Shown here: positions 50,928-62,204 of the stretch, piece by piece
Layout: each line of letters begins with the position of its first letter
How positions within the stretch are numbered: the first letter of the stretch is position 1
NCBI GenBank assembly: GCA_026914245.1
Contig: CP110439.1
Coordinates: 3,224,001-3,288,000 of the forward strand
Direction: 5' to 3'
DNA: 64,000 bases
From: Puccinia triticina
Lineage: Eukaryota
The notes under the pieces: generated by a model
The model's input: only the letters and a program-made list of their open reading frames with translations
Told to the model about the DNA's origin: nothing
Database searches by the model: none
Program-made: the position numbers and the translations under genes

Positions 50928-51056
50928 ATCTACAGACCCTGCAGAACCAGATCTGCAGCCCAGCCCCTGGGAGTGCTTTTTTTTCCCCGCAAAAATGAAG
51001 GTTTTCCTGGCCTGAGATCTGGTTCTGCAGGGGGCTGCAGATTGACGGGATGTCCT
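50928..51056. repeat. Short palindromic MITE-like repeat, copy 2
   Basis: Arms of ~27 bp (50928-50954, 51015-51042) form a hairpin. Inverted homology to 47678-47792. Confidence 0.65.
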
Positions 51057-51374
51057 CCAGTTATTGGAACACCATTGTCAGATTTCCCCATGGTCGGAGG
51101 TGATCGCCCAGGTAAATTCTGCGCGCAGAAATTATGCGGCGGGCTGGAAGTGCCAGAAAATGTACGACTTCAGAGAGGCCACAACCTGCCACGACCTGGA
51201 GAGCTCTGGAGCACAGCTTGCGCTCTTATGCCTCTGCGTGACATGCGCATAGAAATGGTGACACTTGGTTTTATTTCTGTGATATGTATGCGACTTTTCC
51301 TGATACTTGTCGGCGCAGCTGAGACCACCACAGGGAAAAAGTTGAACAGTTTTATCGAACTCGGCAACAAGTTG

Positions 51375-52793
51375 ATGAGCCAACCAACACCATGTCCGCC
51401 TTCGATCGGTCCATCGCTTCCACCGAATCGACCACCAGAAGATGTAGTAGGGGCTGATGAGTTAATGAAAGCGGCTGGATGGGACACCATCCCACTGTTT
51501 ATGAAGGACTTGCCCAAGGAGCTCAATCAATCCGACCCGAAGGCACCGGCCAACCACTCGCTTGAAGCTCTCCAGGCGCTGATTTACGACGAGGATGAAG
51601 ACGAAAAGCTACGGTCACTCGAAGCTCTGAAGGCACGAGCAAATGAACTGTTTGGGTGCCGAGATTACAGACAAGCTCTAGGGTTCTATAAACAGGCCAT
51701 CGACATATTGGAAAAGCCGGCTTCTGCGGATCCTTCACACGCCGAGTCCGAATCAAAAGCCAACGCCAAGATTCCCCAAGAGCTCCGAAACTCAATATAT
51801 TCAAACCGCGCTGCCTGCCATCTTTCCTTAGGTCGGTCAAACGAGACTGGGTTTATTTTAACTTCTCGGACTGATGCTTTCGTGCGTTTGACCTACCTTG
51901 GTCGGATCAGGGAATTTCAGATCGTGTCTAACGGATTGCGCAACAGTTCTGAGTCCCCCTCTCCCGATACCTGCGACCAAACTAGTCCGGAAATGCTTCT
52001 TTCGGAGTACAAAAGCTTTGGCATCACTCGAACGATTCGATGAGGCATTAGATTGTGTCAACAAATTATTGGCAATTGATCAGCGAGACCATCTCACAGA
52101 TGATGAAGAACCTCGAAAACTAAAACAAGAAATTGAACGCCAAATCGCCCATCGTCAGGCTGAAAAACGGGCGAAAGAATTGGCTATTGAAAGGCGAAAG
52201 GGGTTGGAAAAGGCTTTGAAGCATACACTTCAAGTTGAGCTATTTTTCCTCAAGCTTTCCAAGGCCTGCTTCACTAGACTAATACTAATATAATCTTTTG
52301 TTTCTAGTCACGCGGAATTCTCGTCCCAACTCACTGTCCGTTTCCGCCACCTGAATCGAGTCTACCCGCAGGATTCGAGCCCGTTCATTTTGAAGAGATT
52401 CCGACGGACATCGAACCAGCCAGGCTAGTCGAGACGATGAAGGAGATCCCGCTGATATACCCGGTATACGTGCTCCGACCAAAGGATGAATATCCAACGA
52501 GAGATCTCGTACTACGTTGGCACGAGGATGATCAGATAAGTGCTCATCTTGAGGCACTTTGTGGTGGGACAGATAGCCATCATCTTTATCTGATTACCTC
52601 CAAGCAGAGGATTCTCAAGTGCGGCAACAACCTCACCATCAGGAAAATCTTAAACTCAATCTCCAAGAATCAGTCCGGCGATTCTCTGTGTCTGGGTGAT
52701 CTGGGGAATTTGGAATTCTTTCTTTTGCCAGTAGGGCAGTTGGAGAAAGAGTGGATAGATATGACAAAAAGAAGTTTCTCTAAAATGTCCTAG
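51375..52793 (+). CDS. CNS1: TPR-repeat Hsp70/Hsp90 co-chaperone CNS1/TTC4, multi-exon
   Basis: IPLFMKDLP, SLEALQALIYD, TPR helices ALKARANELF...YSNRAACHLSL|GNFRSCLTDC...KCFFRSTKAL, and a C-terminal region (LIYPVYVLRP). Confidence 0.88.
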
Positions 52794-53490
52794 CTGTCTC
52801 TACTGCCTGTTTCCTTTGGCATCTGTGGTTGATGTTGGTCATAGAATCTTCAGGCATGACAACTCCGCAAGGGACCTCGGTCACCGTGATGTTTTAGAAA
52901 TGTAGTGGTTCTGTTAATCAATTCTCCAGGGATAATTGTCACAAACTCACAGGCTTCAAGGAAGTCTTGTCTGTACGGCAACGCTTTCCGTCTAACGAAA
53001 TTTCATTGGTATATCTTGAATTTCTTCTGGCTACCTCGGGGATATAGGTGGCTAGAGCATATCCACTAGTTTCCACAATGGTATGTACCATGATAAAGCT
53101 CTGCCGCCTGAATTCTTTGCGGGTGTATATGTAATAATTATTCGAGCAAATTTTGTCCTTTCTGATTAGAGGCACTCGTACAGTCCATGATCAATTCAAT
53201 AGTCTTAATTAGCTTGATCAAGGGGTGATGAAAGATGGTGCTCCAGTCGTGTTTGCAGTGACCCGGGCCGCGTCGGCGTGCGTCGCGCCGCATGGTTGGA
53301 GCTAGTGATTACATAATCCGAGAATTTTCCGTGACATAACGGTGTGATGAATTTATTTGGCTGGGCTGTTCCTTTTCGATCCTTGGAGATTCGCTTTGTC
53401 TTGCATCCATCCATACGCAGGTCCACCAGCCGCGAGGAGGGCCAACTCATCACAACATAGACTTCTCATCCAATATATACTCCCAGCACG

Positions 53491-56161
53491 ATGGTCAAAC
53501 GACAAGCCGAAAAACAGTTAACCGACCGGTGCGCGCCATGTCTACTCCTTTGTCCTTCTAAGCATGCGGTGTAGCAGTACTCACCTTTGTTCCCCTTCCT
53601 GCCCTTTTCAGGAATTGGAACGACCAGGAACCCGATGATGTGAGTTAGAACTAACGGCCAGGCTGAAGACTCATGAGAAGGGCTTATTGCTTTTCAGTAC
53701 TGACACCTGATCTCGTCGATGTAGACTCCATCTACAGGAGCACTGAAAACTGCATCCCTTCAAGCTATCAGTAAGAGGCAGTAAGTGTCGAGATTTCTCC
53801 GCCTAAACCCAGTACCATATCCTCAATAAGTAATTCACCGGCCCCTTTCTGCTTCACCCTTTCTATTATACGTACAGGATACGTAGCTTACCAAAGAAGA
53901 CTGGTGCATCAGTTGAGTCGTCTTTTATGATTTTACTATTGTCACCAAACATTAGCTTTCTCTGACCAACCCTGATACAGGCATCCCCAGCTGCTTCGCA
54001 ATTTGGGGCCGTCCCCCCATTCCCTGCCATCAGTAAACCTGCCTCGACACTATTTAGCCAGCCATCTCAATCGGTTCAACCTACACCTTCTCTCAATCTA
54101 TTTGGCAGTTCGAGTAGCTTTGGAGCTGGCGAGTCCACATTTTCCTGAACTAATGATCTTAACGGGAATGACGTCTAACCTTCACCTATCAATATCTAGC
54201 CAAACCCACTTCTTTTGGGAGCGCTCCGTTGGCCATGTCGACCTCGTCTAGCTCGACTGAACCTCCGAACACTGAAGCGTTGTTCGACTACTATGCATCT
54301 CTACGTGGTCTGAATCTATGTGCCACAAAGGCCTTCGACGAACTCATCACGAAAGACGCGTTTGTGGACCTTAGCAGCGCCTTCGATCATGTCAAGCAGA
54401 AATACAACGAACACCGCCGTGAGATTCAAGCCAAACTTGAACGAGTGCAGCCATCTACAACCGATAAAGCTAGCATATCTTCAACTGCCGAGGCACCCGC
54501 TAAATCACTTTTTTCCTTCGGCTCAAACGGAGCTCAAAAGGCATCAAGCATCGGAAACACGTCTTCTACTGCCGAGGCGCCTGTGAAATCTCCGTTTTCC
54601 TTCGCGTCTAACGGTGCCCCAAAGGCATCAAGCACCGCAAACACATCTTCAACTGCTGAGGCAGCTGTGAAATCTCCTTTTTCGTTTGCGTCAAACGGAG
54701 CCCAAAAGGCATCAGGCACCGAAAGACTTTTTACATCCCTGCCGTTTTGTCCTCCAGAGCGTCTTTCCGTGTCTGAGTCCGAGCAGCAACTCTCTCCCGA
54801 TGAGACCGAGAAGACCAGCTTACGTTAGTTGACATTCCACCTACACTAACATAACATCCACCATGGCCCTGGTTATTGTTGACCGAAGTCTTTTGTCCTA
54901 CTCATCTAGCTTCTACCAATGGTTCAGCAGCACCAGATGGAAAGGCTGGCTCTAGACCCGGCGCGTTTACAATGGCTGCACCCATGCGACCTTCGCCTTT
55001 GAGATACGAAAGTCAGAATTCCCCAGCAGCCAGCCCGGCCCCGGAATCTGCAGAAGAAGCCGCGAAAAATCCTTCCAGTTTAGCTCCGATCGCTGAGCTC
55101 TCCAAACCTGAATCTTCGCTCTCATTAAATGCGGAGACTGGCAACCCGCAACCAAAATCGAAAGAACCGAATTCCGATGGCTCTTCACCCACACCTCTTC
55201 TGTTCTCGGACAGCAAAAACAAGGCATCTTCTCTTTTTGGGGCCGCTGGGGCGTCTGCAGCTGGGAATTCACTTTTCGGGTCGTCTTCCGCGTCAAATCC
55301 TTTTAACTTTGGTTCCTCGTCGTCACAGAACTCGCCGCCCAAATCGTCTAGCCTCGGTTTTGGGTTCGGGGTAGGAGCCGCTGGAAGTTCCGGTGTGTTT
55401 GGTGGGTTTGGCTCCCCAAAGAACGCTTCTAACCAAGCTACCCCCTCCAAGAATGCATTCAACCCCGTCGGCTTCTCGTTTGGCGGCAGTCCACCAACCT
55501 CGTCTGCCATGCCAACCAAGACATCGGAAGCAGTTCCGTCTCAACCGGGATCAACGACTAATAATTCCAATAGCAATCTGAACGATAAACCCAATACGAG
55601 TTCAGACAACGTACCGGAAAATGAAACGAAAAGTTCTGATGATCTGGTCACTACGACAGAAATAAAAGCTATCGATTCAAAGAAGGGAGAGGAAGAGGAA
55701 GAAACCCTCTTTGAAACTACTGGTAGAGTTTATGCTTTGTTGGACAAAAAACAAGAAGATGGGAAGATCCAAAAGAGCTGGGTCGGTTGGGCTATCTCTA
55801 CCGTCAAATTGAACAGGCATAAAGTGACCCAACGATGTCGCATCTTGGCTAGAAGTCAAGTCAACCAAAGCATCCTGATTGTAAGTTGTTTCTCTCCGTA
55901 GACAAGAATGCTGTCAGGATGAATCTAATCATCAATCTTGCATTGGGGGTTCCCTTCTTCTCGAATTTGTTTTACTTGAAGAACTTCTATGTGAGACCGA
56001 ATCTTAAACCCGAGAATCGAGGCAATGCGGTGGAAGTCTTAGGCTTCAATCCCGAAGGTACCCACCTACAGGCTTACAGAATCCGACCTTCATCGGTCCA
56101 AGTGGTCGAAGAATTCTTAAAAGCCATTAAGGGTGTTGTAGAATCACTATCCGAATCTTGA
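53491..56161 (+). CDS. NUP2: Nucleoporin Nup2/Nup50/Nup61 family with C-terminal Ran-binding domain, multi-exon
   Basis: N-terminal MVKRQAEKQLTDR micro-exons, many FSFG/FNFG/FGFG repeats, and a RanBD (GEEEEETLFETTGRVY...W.GW...VKLN...RILAR). Confidence 0.85.
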
Positions 56162-56998
56162 GCAAAAAAACCCCATGAGCTTGCAGCCGCCGTAAGTAAT
56201 GGAAAGGAGAATCGACCATCTCACTGCTCAGTTATGGTTGGCGCTTCTTTTTTTCCGTTTTTTCCTCGTTTACGCACGTTCAACAAGATCGTATTCGAGT
56301 AAATGTACATTCATCCCAAAACGTACACCTTTCAGTGATAAAAATGCCCCGAAATCCGATCACGTCGTTGTCTACCAATTTTTCTGTGTATAGTCACCCC
56401 CAATCCCCTCACCTGTTCATAATCACCTACATGGAACAAGTGATCCCATATTTGTTTCTCCTTTTTATGGTAGACAGCATGATAATAAAGATGATCAATT
56501 GTTTGAGAAAGAAGTTGTCAGAGATCTCAGAGAAACAGAAGCATCCTTTTCCGCACTCATCAGGTTTGGAAAATGTTCAATGGACCCCGGAGAGAAAACT
56601 GTCATCATAGCTTATTCTGACTTTCCTTCATTGACAGATGAGTGAGCATGAGCCCGCATCTTGCGCATTATTGACCCAGTACCATGAGAATAGAACCAAA
56701 CAAAACCTTCCATGGTAGCCATACTCCAATATTTTGCACACACTCTTTTCCTCTTTCTCAGACGCCTTCGGGGGACTATCTGAACTATCTAGAAGTCCAA
56801 ATGGGTTTTATTGAGGTATTTTTTGTAGAGACAACTAATTTTCAGCTTCTTTGGGGGATCCAGCTGCACTTCACTTTTGATGAACACTTTTTGGAATGTT
56901 TCTTCTCATGCAGAAACAGCTGAATGAACCCAAAAAGTTTACTTGGATCAAGCCAAAAGCTTACTTCCAACCTCATACGACCTTAGGCTTCAGTACAT

Positions 56999-58426
56999 TC
57001 AAAATAAAATCTCGGATGTATTTTGCACCAACAAAAAAAATTGAATAAGCCTCTTCTGACTAGTAGTAAAAACCACCAGATCTATTTTGTGTGTGTATAT
57101 GAAATCCAGAGGGAAACCCCGTGTGTTGAAATGATAAAAAAGAGCAATCATGTAAACAGGAGGAAAAAATAAAGACCAGAGCTGAATGGTTCTCTCCCTT
57201 GCTTTGGGAAAGTAAACTTGCTCCTGGCAGATAGTTTTCCATCCTAGCATAAACATGTGGAAAAACATACTAAACAGAAATTGTGTGAACAAAAATTCTC
57301 CAATTTGGGATCACTAAGGCATACTAAAATCCAGAACAGAGATCCGGTAAAAGAACTAGAAAATAAGTGATATGCGCTATTTCGGTTCAACTTCCCTGAC
57401 CTCATCTTGTGACTTTTTCTTTGAATTGCGTAGTGTGAGTCTGGGAAAACAACCTTTCTGCTTCTTCTGGGATGTGGGCAAAGAATCCATCTTCTTCTCC
57501 TTGGAATTTCCGACTATGACACGCCGCTCCACCCATCCAGCAACATTGTTCAGTGGCTGTAGTTTTAGCAGTAGAGCTTCAAGTTTAGCAATCTTCTCCG
57601 TAGAAAGCTTATCGAATTCTGTTGCGTCCTCTGGCTCGAAGTTGGAGAAGTCCTCTTGATAAGCAACACGGAAGTTGATTTGAACTACTGGGGTCTTTGA
57701 AAGCGAAAGCTCATAAGTACTGAGTTGATCAATCTTCCTAAGGATCTCAGAAAGCTCCGGGACAGATTTCTCCATAGCTTCGATGTCTTGGCCCACAGTT
57801 ACTTTGTGTTTGAAGTCGTACTTGTAATGGTATTTTAATCTGGTTGTGAGGAGCTCTGAGACTACCCAAAAGGCCGGATGAGCTAGATTTCATCAATAAA
57901 CTCAAACATTTGATCAGTATCACCCATCCTGGATTCCATATTAGTTTTGAGTACTTACGCTTGCCCATAGGCCATGGGAGATCATAGGGAGGCTTCTCGC
58001 TCTCATCCCGAAGTGCTGCGGGGTTCTTGATGAGATGGTCCAAAACCTCACTTGCTCGTTGAAATAGAAACTTGCTTCTGGAAGCTAATATAAATCATGT
58101 CTTCTGAATTAATATTCTTCAGCAAAAATCAAGTATGAATTTCTAAATAACTCACGTTCATCTTCTGGATAGTGAGGGAATCTATTGGGATTATACAGGG
58201 AGTGTTTTGTGGAGCTTCCGCTCACGCTGGGTGATTCAACATCGGACAATGCTCTTGGGCACTGCATCACATTTTCAACTTCAACCTCTGCGCTTGGAAC
58301 CACAATTTTGCGGTCGCGGTCGGCTTCCGCTTGCCCGATGGCATTCTCAGCATCTTTCCCATCGAACGATGCTTCGCTATATACAATTAGGAAGCTGATG
58401 AGGAAGATATACAAAACAGAAGGCAT
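56999..58426 (-). CDS. Lineage-specific secreted protein, multi-exon; 3' end uncertain
   Basis: Signal-like MPSVLYIFLISFLIVYSEA followed by successive minus-strand ORFs (58109-58426, 57747-58043, 57377-57796) separated by GT-AG introns. Confidence 0.55.
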
Positions 58427-59492
58427 TATGCTTATGAGATACGCAATGAAAGAAATGTGCTGGTAGGTCCAAAGTGGGTTTTGAATCGCCTTTTAAGTTT
58501 ATTGGCGAGTGTGCGCTTGCCTGTCCACAATAGCCATGCTTGCCATTTATGAACGTTTCAAAAGGCGATTGGTGGGTGACAGTTGTACAAAGCAAACATA
58601 CTCAACTACTCCCATTTTGTGATTTCAATGGCATTAAGTCGCGCGGGCTCAGAAAAAAATTAAGCTTTCTCTCAAAGCAGTTTAAAAATCTTGATAGAAA
58701 TTTGTATTGGGTTTCAGCGAAGGGCAAAAGTATGAACAATCAATGGTCTGGTCCGAAAAAAAGATACACGGCGCGTTCAGGTGAGGGAATCGGCAAGCCC
58801 TAGTGTCATCCATCCATATGGTACAATGAATTATGATTTTCACTGCGGCGCACAACCAGGTTGCAGAAGGCGTCAAACGTTTGACAACCTTGCTCCTGAC
58901 TGCTACATCTTCTGTCAGCCTGCTATGTTCCGCACTATCCCTAGTTTTGCCAACTCTAAATCTAAAAAATCGCTCGAGGTTTTGGCCAGGTTTGGCGATC
59001 CCAGTCGTGATTTTTGTGGATCGGAGCTGCGTAATATGGATAAGTAATGCGAGGCCGTTTGTCCCTCTCCAACATGACACAACAACGACCCAACATCGCT
59101 TGTCGCAGTGAGGTAGAGGAAATCAAAGGTCCTCATGTCGGTCGGAGATGCGTTGCTAAGTATTAATCAGGATAAGAAACCAGCTGTCGTGCACAAACTA
59201 TGGATGCGGTTTAAGGTTTTACTTCGAAAAGGTATCAATGCGCCGCCGCCTGGTTTTTACCAAGCTCTCCAAAAACATTAGCGTGGTGAAAAAAAATGAA
59301 AATAGGCATGGGCAGTTCATTTCCCGTGGGACCGGAGCGGCGACATGCTGATTTTCAATTTAAATTTCCTGTTGAAAGTCAAAAACATCCTCGAAATGAG
59401 TCGGATAATTGGCGGCCGTGAAGGGTCGATTCGTTGATGCGCAGTTAATTCTTTTTTATAGAGCGCAAAATTGAGGCTACCTGACATTCCTA

Positions 59493-59574
59493 TCCGAGTT
59501 AGTATATCGGCTAGTATATCCGCCTTTCATGTTGAGGGGCGCGGAGGAGACGGGTTCGATTCCCGTACTCGGAA
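59493..59574 (+). tRNA. tRNA-Glu (TTC) with a 10-nt intron (59530-59539)
   Basis: Acceptor stem TCCGAGT/ACTCGGA, anticodon stem TCCGC/GCGGA with loop CT-TTC-A^C, T-arm ACGGG-TTCGATT-CCCGT. Spliced length 72 nt. Confidence 0.93.
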
Positions 59575-59603
59575 GGCGGATCTTGGCCCAGAGGGACAGA
59601 TTC

Positions 59604-59610
59604 TTTTTTT
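59604..59610 (+). terminator. Pol III oligo-T terminator of tRNA-Glu
   Basis: T7 run ~30 nt downstream of the tRNA. Confidence 0.6.
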
Positions 59611-60350
59611 GCTTTTGAAGCGGGTCTCGTCACCGTGCGACCGGTGGCCTGCGCAGGTTTTTTATCAACATTCTTTGTATATAGATTGCACGACGGCACC
59701 ACAGGAACTGATACAGGATCTCTTGTAGTTGGCGATTTTTGTTGCGCATAAGATGTGAAATCATCAAGACATAAAAGACTGGTTGGTCTTGACAGTGCAA
59801 ATCAATATAGGAGTTTTGTCTCAAGCACGTGTTTTTAAAAATGTATATAGAGAAGGGAAAACATCTCGGCAGCCCCCATGTCTGAAGCAGTCAATCTGGC
59901 AGGTGATGTAGTAATACTATTATTTACTACGGACAGCAACATTTGAAAAGAGAACTTTGAGCAATGTTTTAATGACCAGAGATGATGTGGTATAGATTAC
60001 AAGGTTCACTAAGGCTACCTGTAACTAAGTTGGCTCTGAGCTCTAAACCCTATTGGCTATTACTAGATGTCAGAGATGAAACTCACAAAAGAGGTGACGA
60101 AAATGTGAATGACGCAAGAAGCAGATGAACGTAAAACCACAAATTTAACAACCAAAGGGAACAAATTTAACGGAATCATAAAATACTATACATGGTCAAT
60201 CAGGGTGGGTCCTGCGGGGCGGCTTAGAAACTTGACATGTAACGAAGTGAAGAGATGAAAATTTGGCTTGAAAAGGCGTTTGCAAAAAGGTGTCACAGTG
60301 AGATGTTCAACACCTTGTACAGTGACCAGGGTCGGAAAGCCCGATACTCT

Positions 60351-62204
60351 TCAGGAGCATGCAGTGTGATTGTCTTTGCCTGATGTGTGTGAATGAGAAA
60401 CAGGTCCAAAACATGATTTTTCCGACCTGTTACGCACGATTCCCTGAGAATAATAGACAATCTTAAGGCATGTGGCCCAGAGCTTTTGGCCGGCTATTCC
60501 AGTCGGATCTCTTGCATTGGGATGGGGTGTGGCTGGTCTCCCGGGAGGTACCAAGTAGGACCCTCTGTTTCGTCCACCAGAAACGTGATTTGTAAAAAGA
60601 CGAAGTAGGAGGGGAATAAAAACGCTTATCAGTAGGTTGCAGCGACATTTTTCAATAGGACTGCAAGCCAAACCCGCAACTGTTGTCCAATTTGACGTAC
60701 CCCAATTCCAGTCTCTCCACTTCCGAAGCAATAGCAGCGTACAGTGGTGTGAAGGCTGCATCTTTCGCCTCCACGATAAGGGAATTGGGACCTTTCTGTT
60801 ATTATTGTATGGTTGCTGTCAGTATGGTGGTGGTGAAAGGTTATGCGGGGAACTTACGTGGGGAATAAGCCGCATGGTCAACTCGCGTAGTTTCTTGCTG
60901 TCTGTTAATTTGGTAATGTCAGTCATGAGTTCAAATTCAAGAGGTCAAATCTCAACTATGATCCAATCGATTGAGACGGGAGTGTGGGACGGCCGACGGC
61001 GAAAGGCCATTTATGAGATGGAAAAACATACCCACTTTGTAGCACTTGATCACTTATGAAGCCCGGATGCTGATGAAAGTCGTGGAAGCGTCATCCACAT
61101 CGTCAGTTGGGGCATCTTTCTTTTCATTTTTCGAAAGCAAGGATGCATACCACTGCAAGGCAAATAATCCCAGTCCCTTGTAAGCGTCTTTGTAGTTCGC
61201 GATTAAAAACTATTATCTTTTTTTGTTTGTTGAAGTATAAGGTTAGTTAAACGCTTTCGATCAGGAGATGAGTTCATCACGTAAGAGACTCACGGAAAGC
61301 ATACTATTGCCATGCCTTTCCAAGGCCGAGCATCGCCTTTGATTTAACCCTTGCGAACTGGCGAAATCCGGTTCACTGTTCAACTTGTGACTTGCGCTTG
61401 TGATGTTGACTATTCTAGCATGCCGCCCATCAGCAACTTGCGCCGTCCGCTTCATCAAGGGAACTAAGCGTTCCGTCAAACAGAAGTGGCCAACGGTGTT
61501 ACATGCTTGAATTTCTATGCCATCCTCGCTGAGACTGTAAGATGAGCAGCGACTCTGGCAAAATGGACGATCCTTCAATCAGCAACATACAATCTGAAAT
61601 TTAACCAATAGATACTCACAACAGCAGCATTATTAATCAAGATATCGAGCCTATTCTCGCGCTTTAGGAAAGTACTAGCAGCATCCTTACATGTTCGGAG
61701 TCGCGTCAAATCAAAGTGGATGTAATCAAATGATCCATCTGGCAATTCTTTACGAAGTGAGATGATGGCCCGCTGGGCTCGCTCTTCATTTCTACAAACC
61801 AAGCTGATAGACACCTTTCGCGTTACCACCAAATTACGTCCGATCATGGAGAATAGTAGAATGAACAACTGTTTATTTCCACTTACTACACTTTTGCACC
61901 TTTCCTAGCCAGCTCAAGACTGATGAAGTAACCGGTCCCGGTACTGCCCCCTAGAATGGTTCAGAACAACAACATAAGAAAATCTGCATAGGTTAATGCA
62001 TGTTCCTGGAGACTCTGAGTGATTTACACACCTGTCACGATGGCGACCCGGCCTAAAAGAATTCAGAATGATGATGAAAACGTGTCGGCTTCTGAATGAG
62101 CACATAAGATAATCAGCATTACCAAAATATTCATGTAGCTCACCAGTGAGATCAGGGCTGTCTGACAAGTTCCAAGAAGTGGATTTAGGCGTCTTGCATA
62201 GCAT
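60351..62204 (-). CDS. Short-chain dehydrogenase/reductase (retinol-DH/WWOX-like), multi-exon, catalytic motif altered
   Basis: SPDLTG|RVAIVTG|GSTGTG..ELARKGAKV|YLVCRN, LDILINNAA, GHFCLT, RIVNITS, RELQRRL, HPG, AAFTPLYAA and QKLW assemble across canonical introns, including a 21-nt micro-exon at 62032-62052. 3' end approximate. Confidence 0.85.

Noticed and set aside
50904..51374. N-terminal extension of the 379-aa ORF upstream of CNS1
   Set aside because: Runs through a palindromic repeat and promoter; the conserved protein plausibly starts at ATG 51375.
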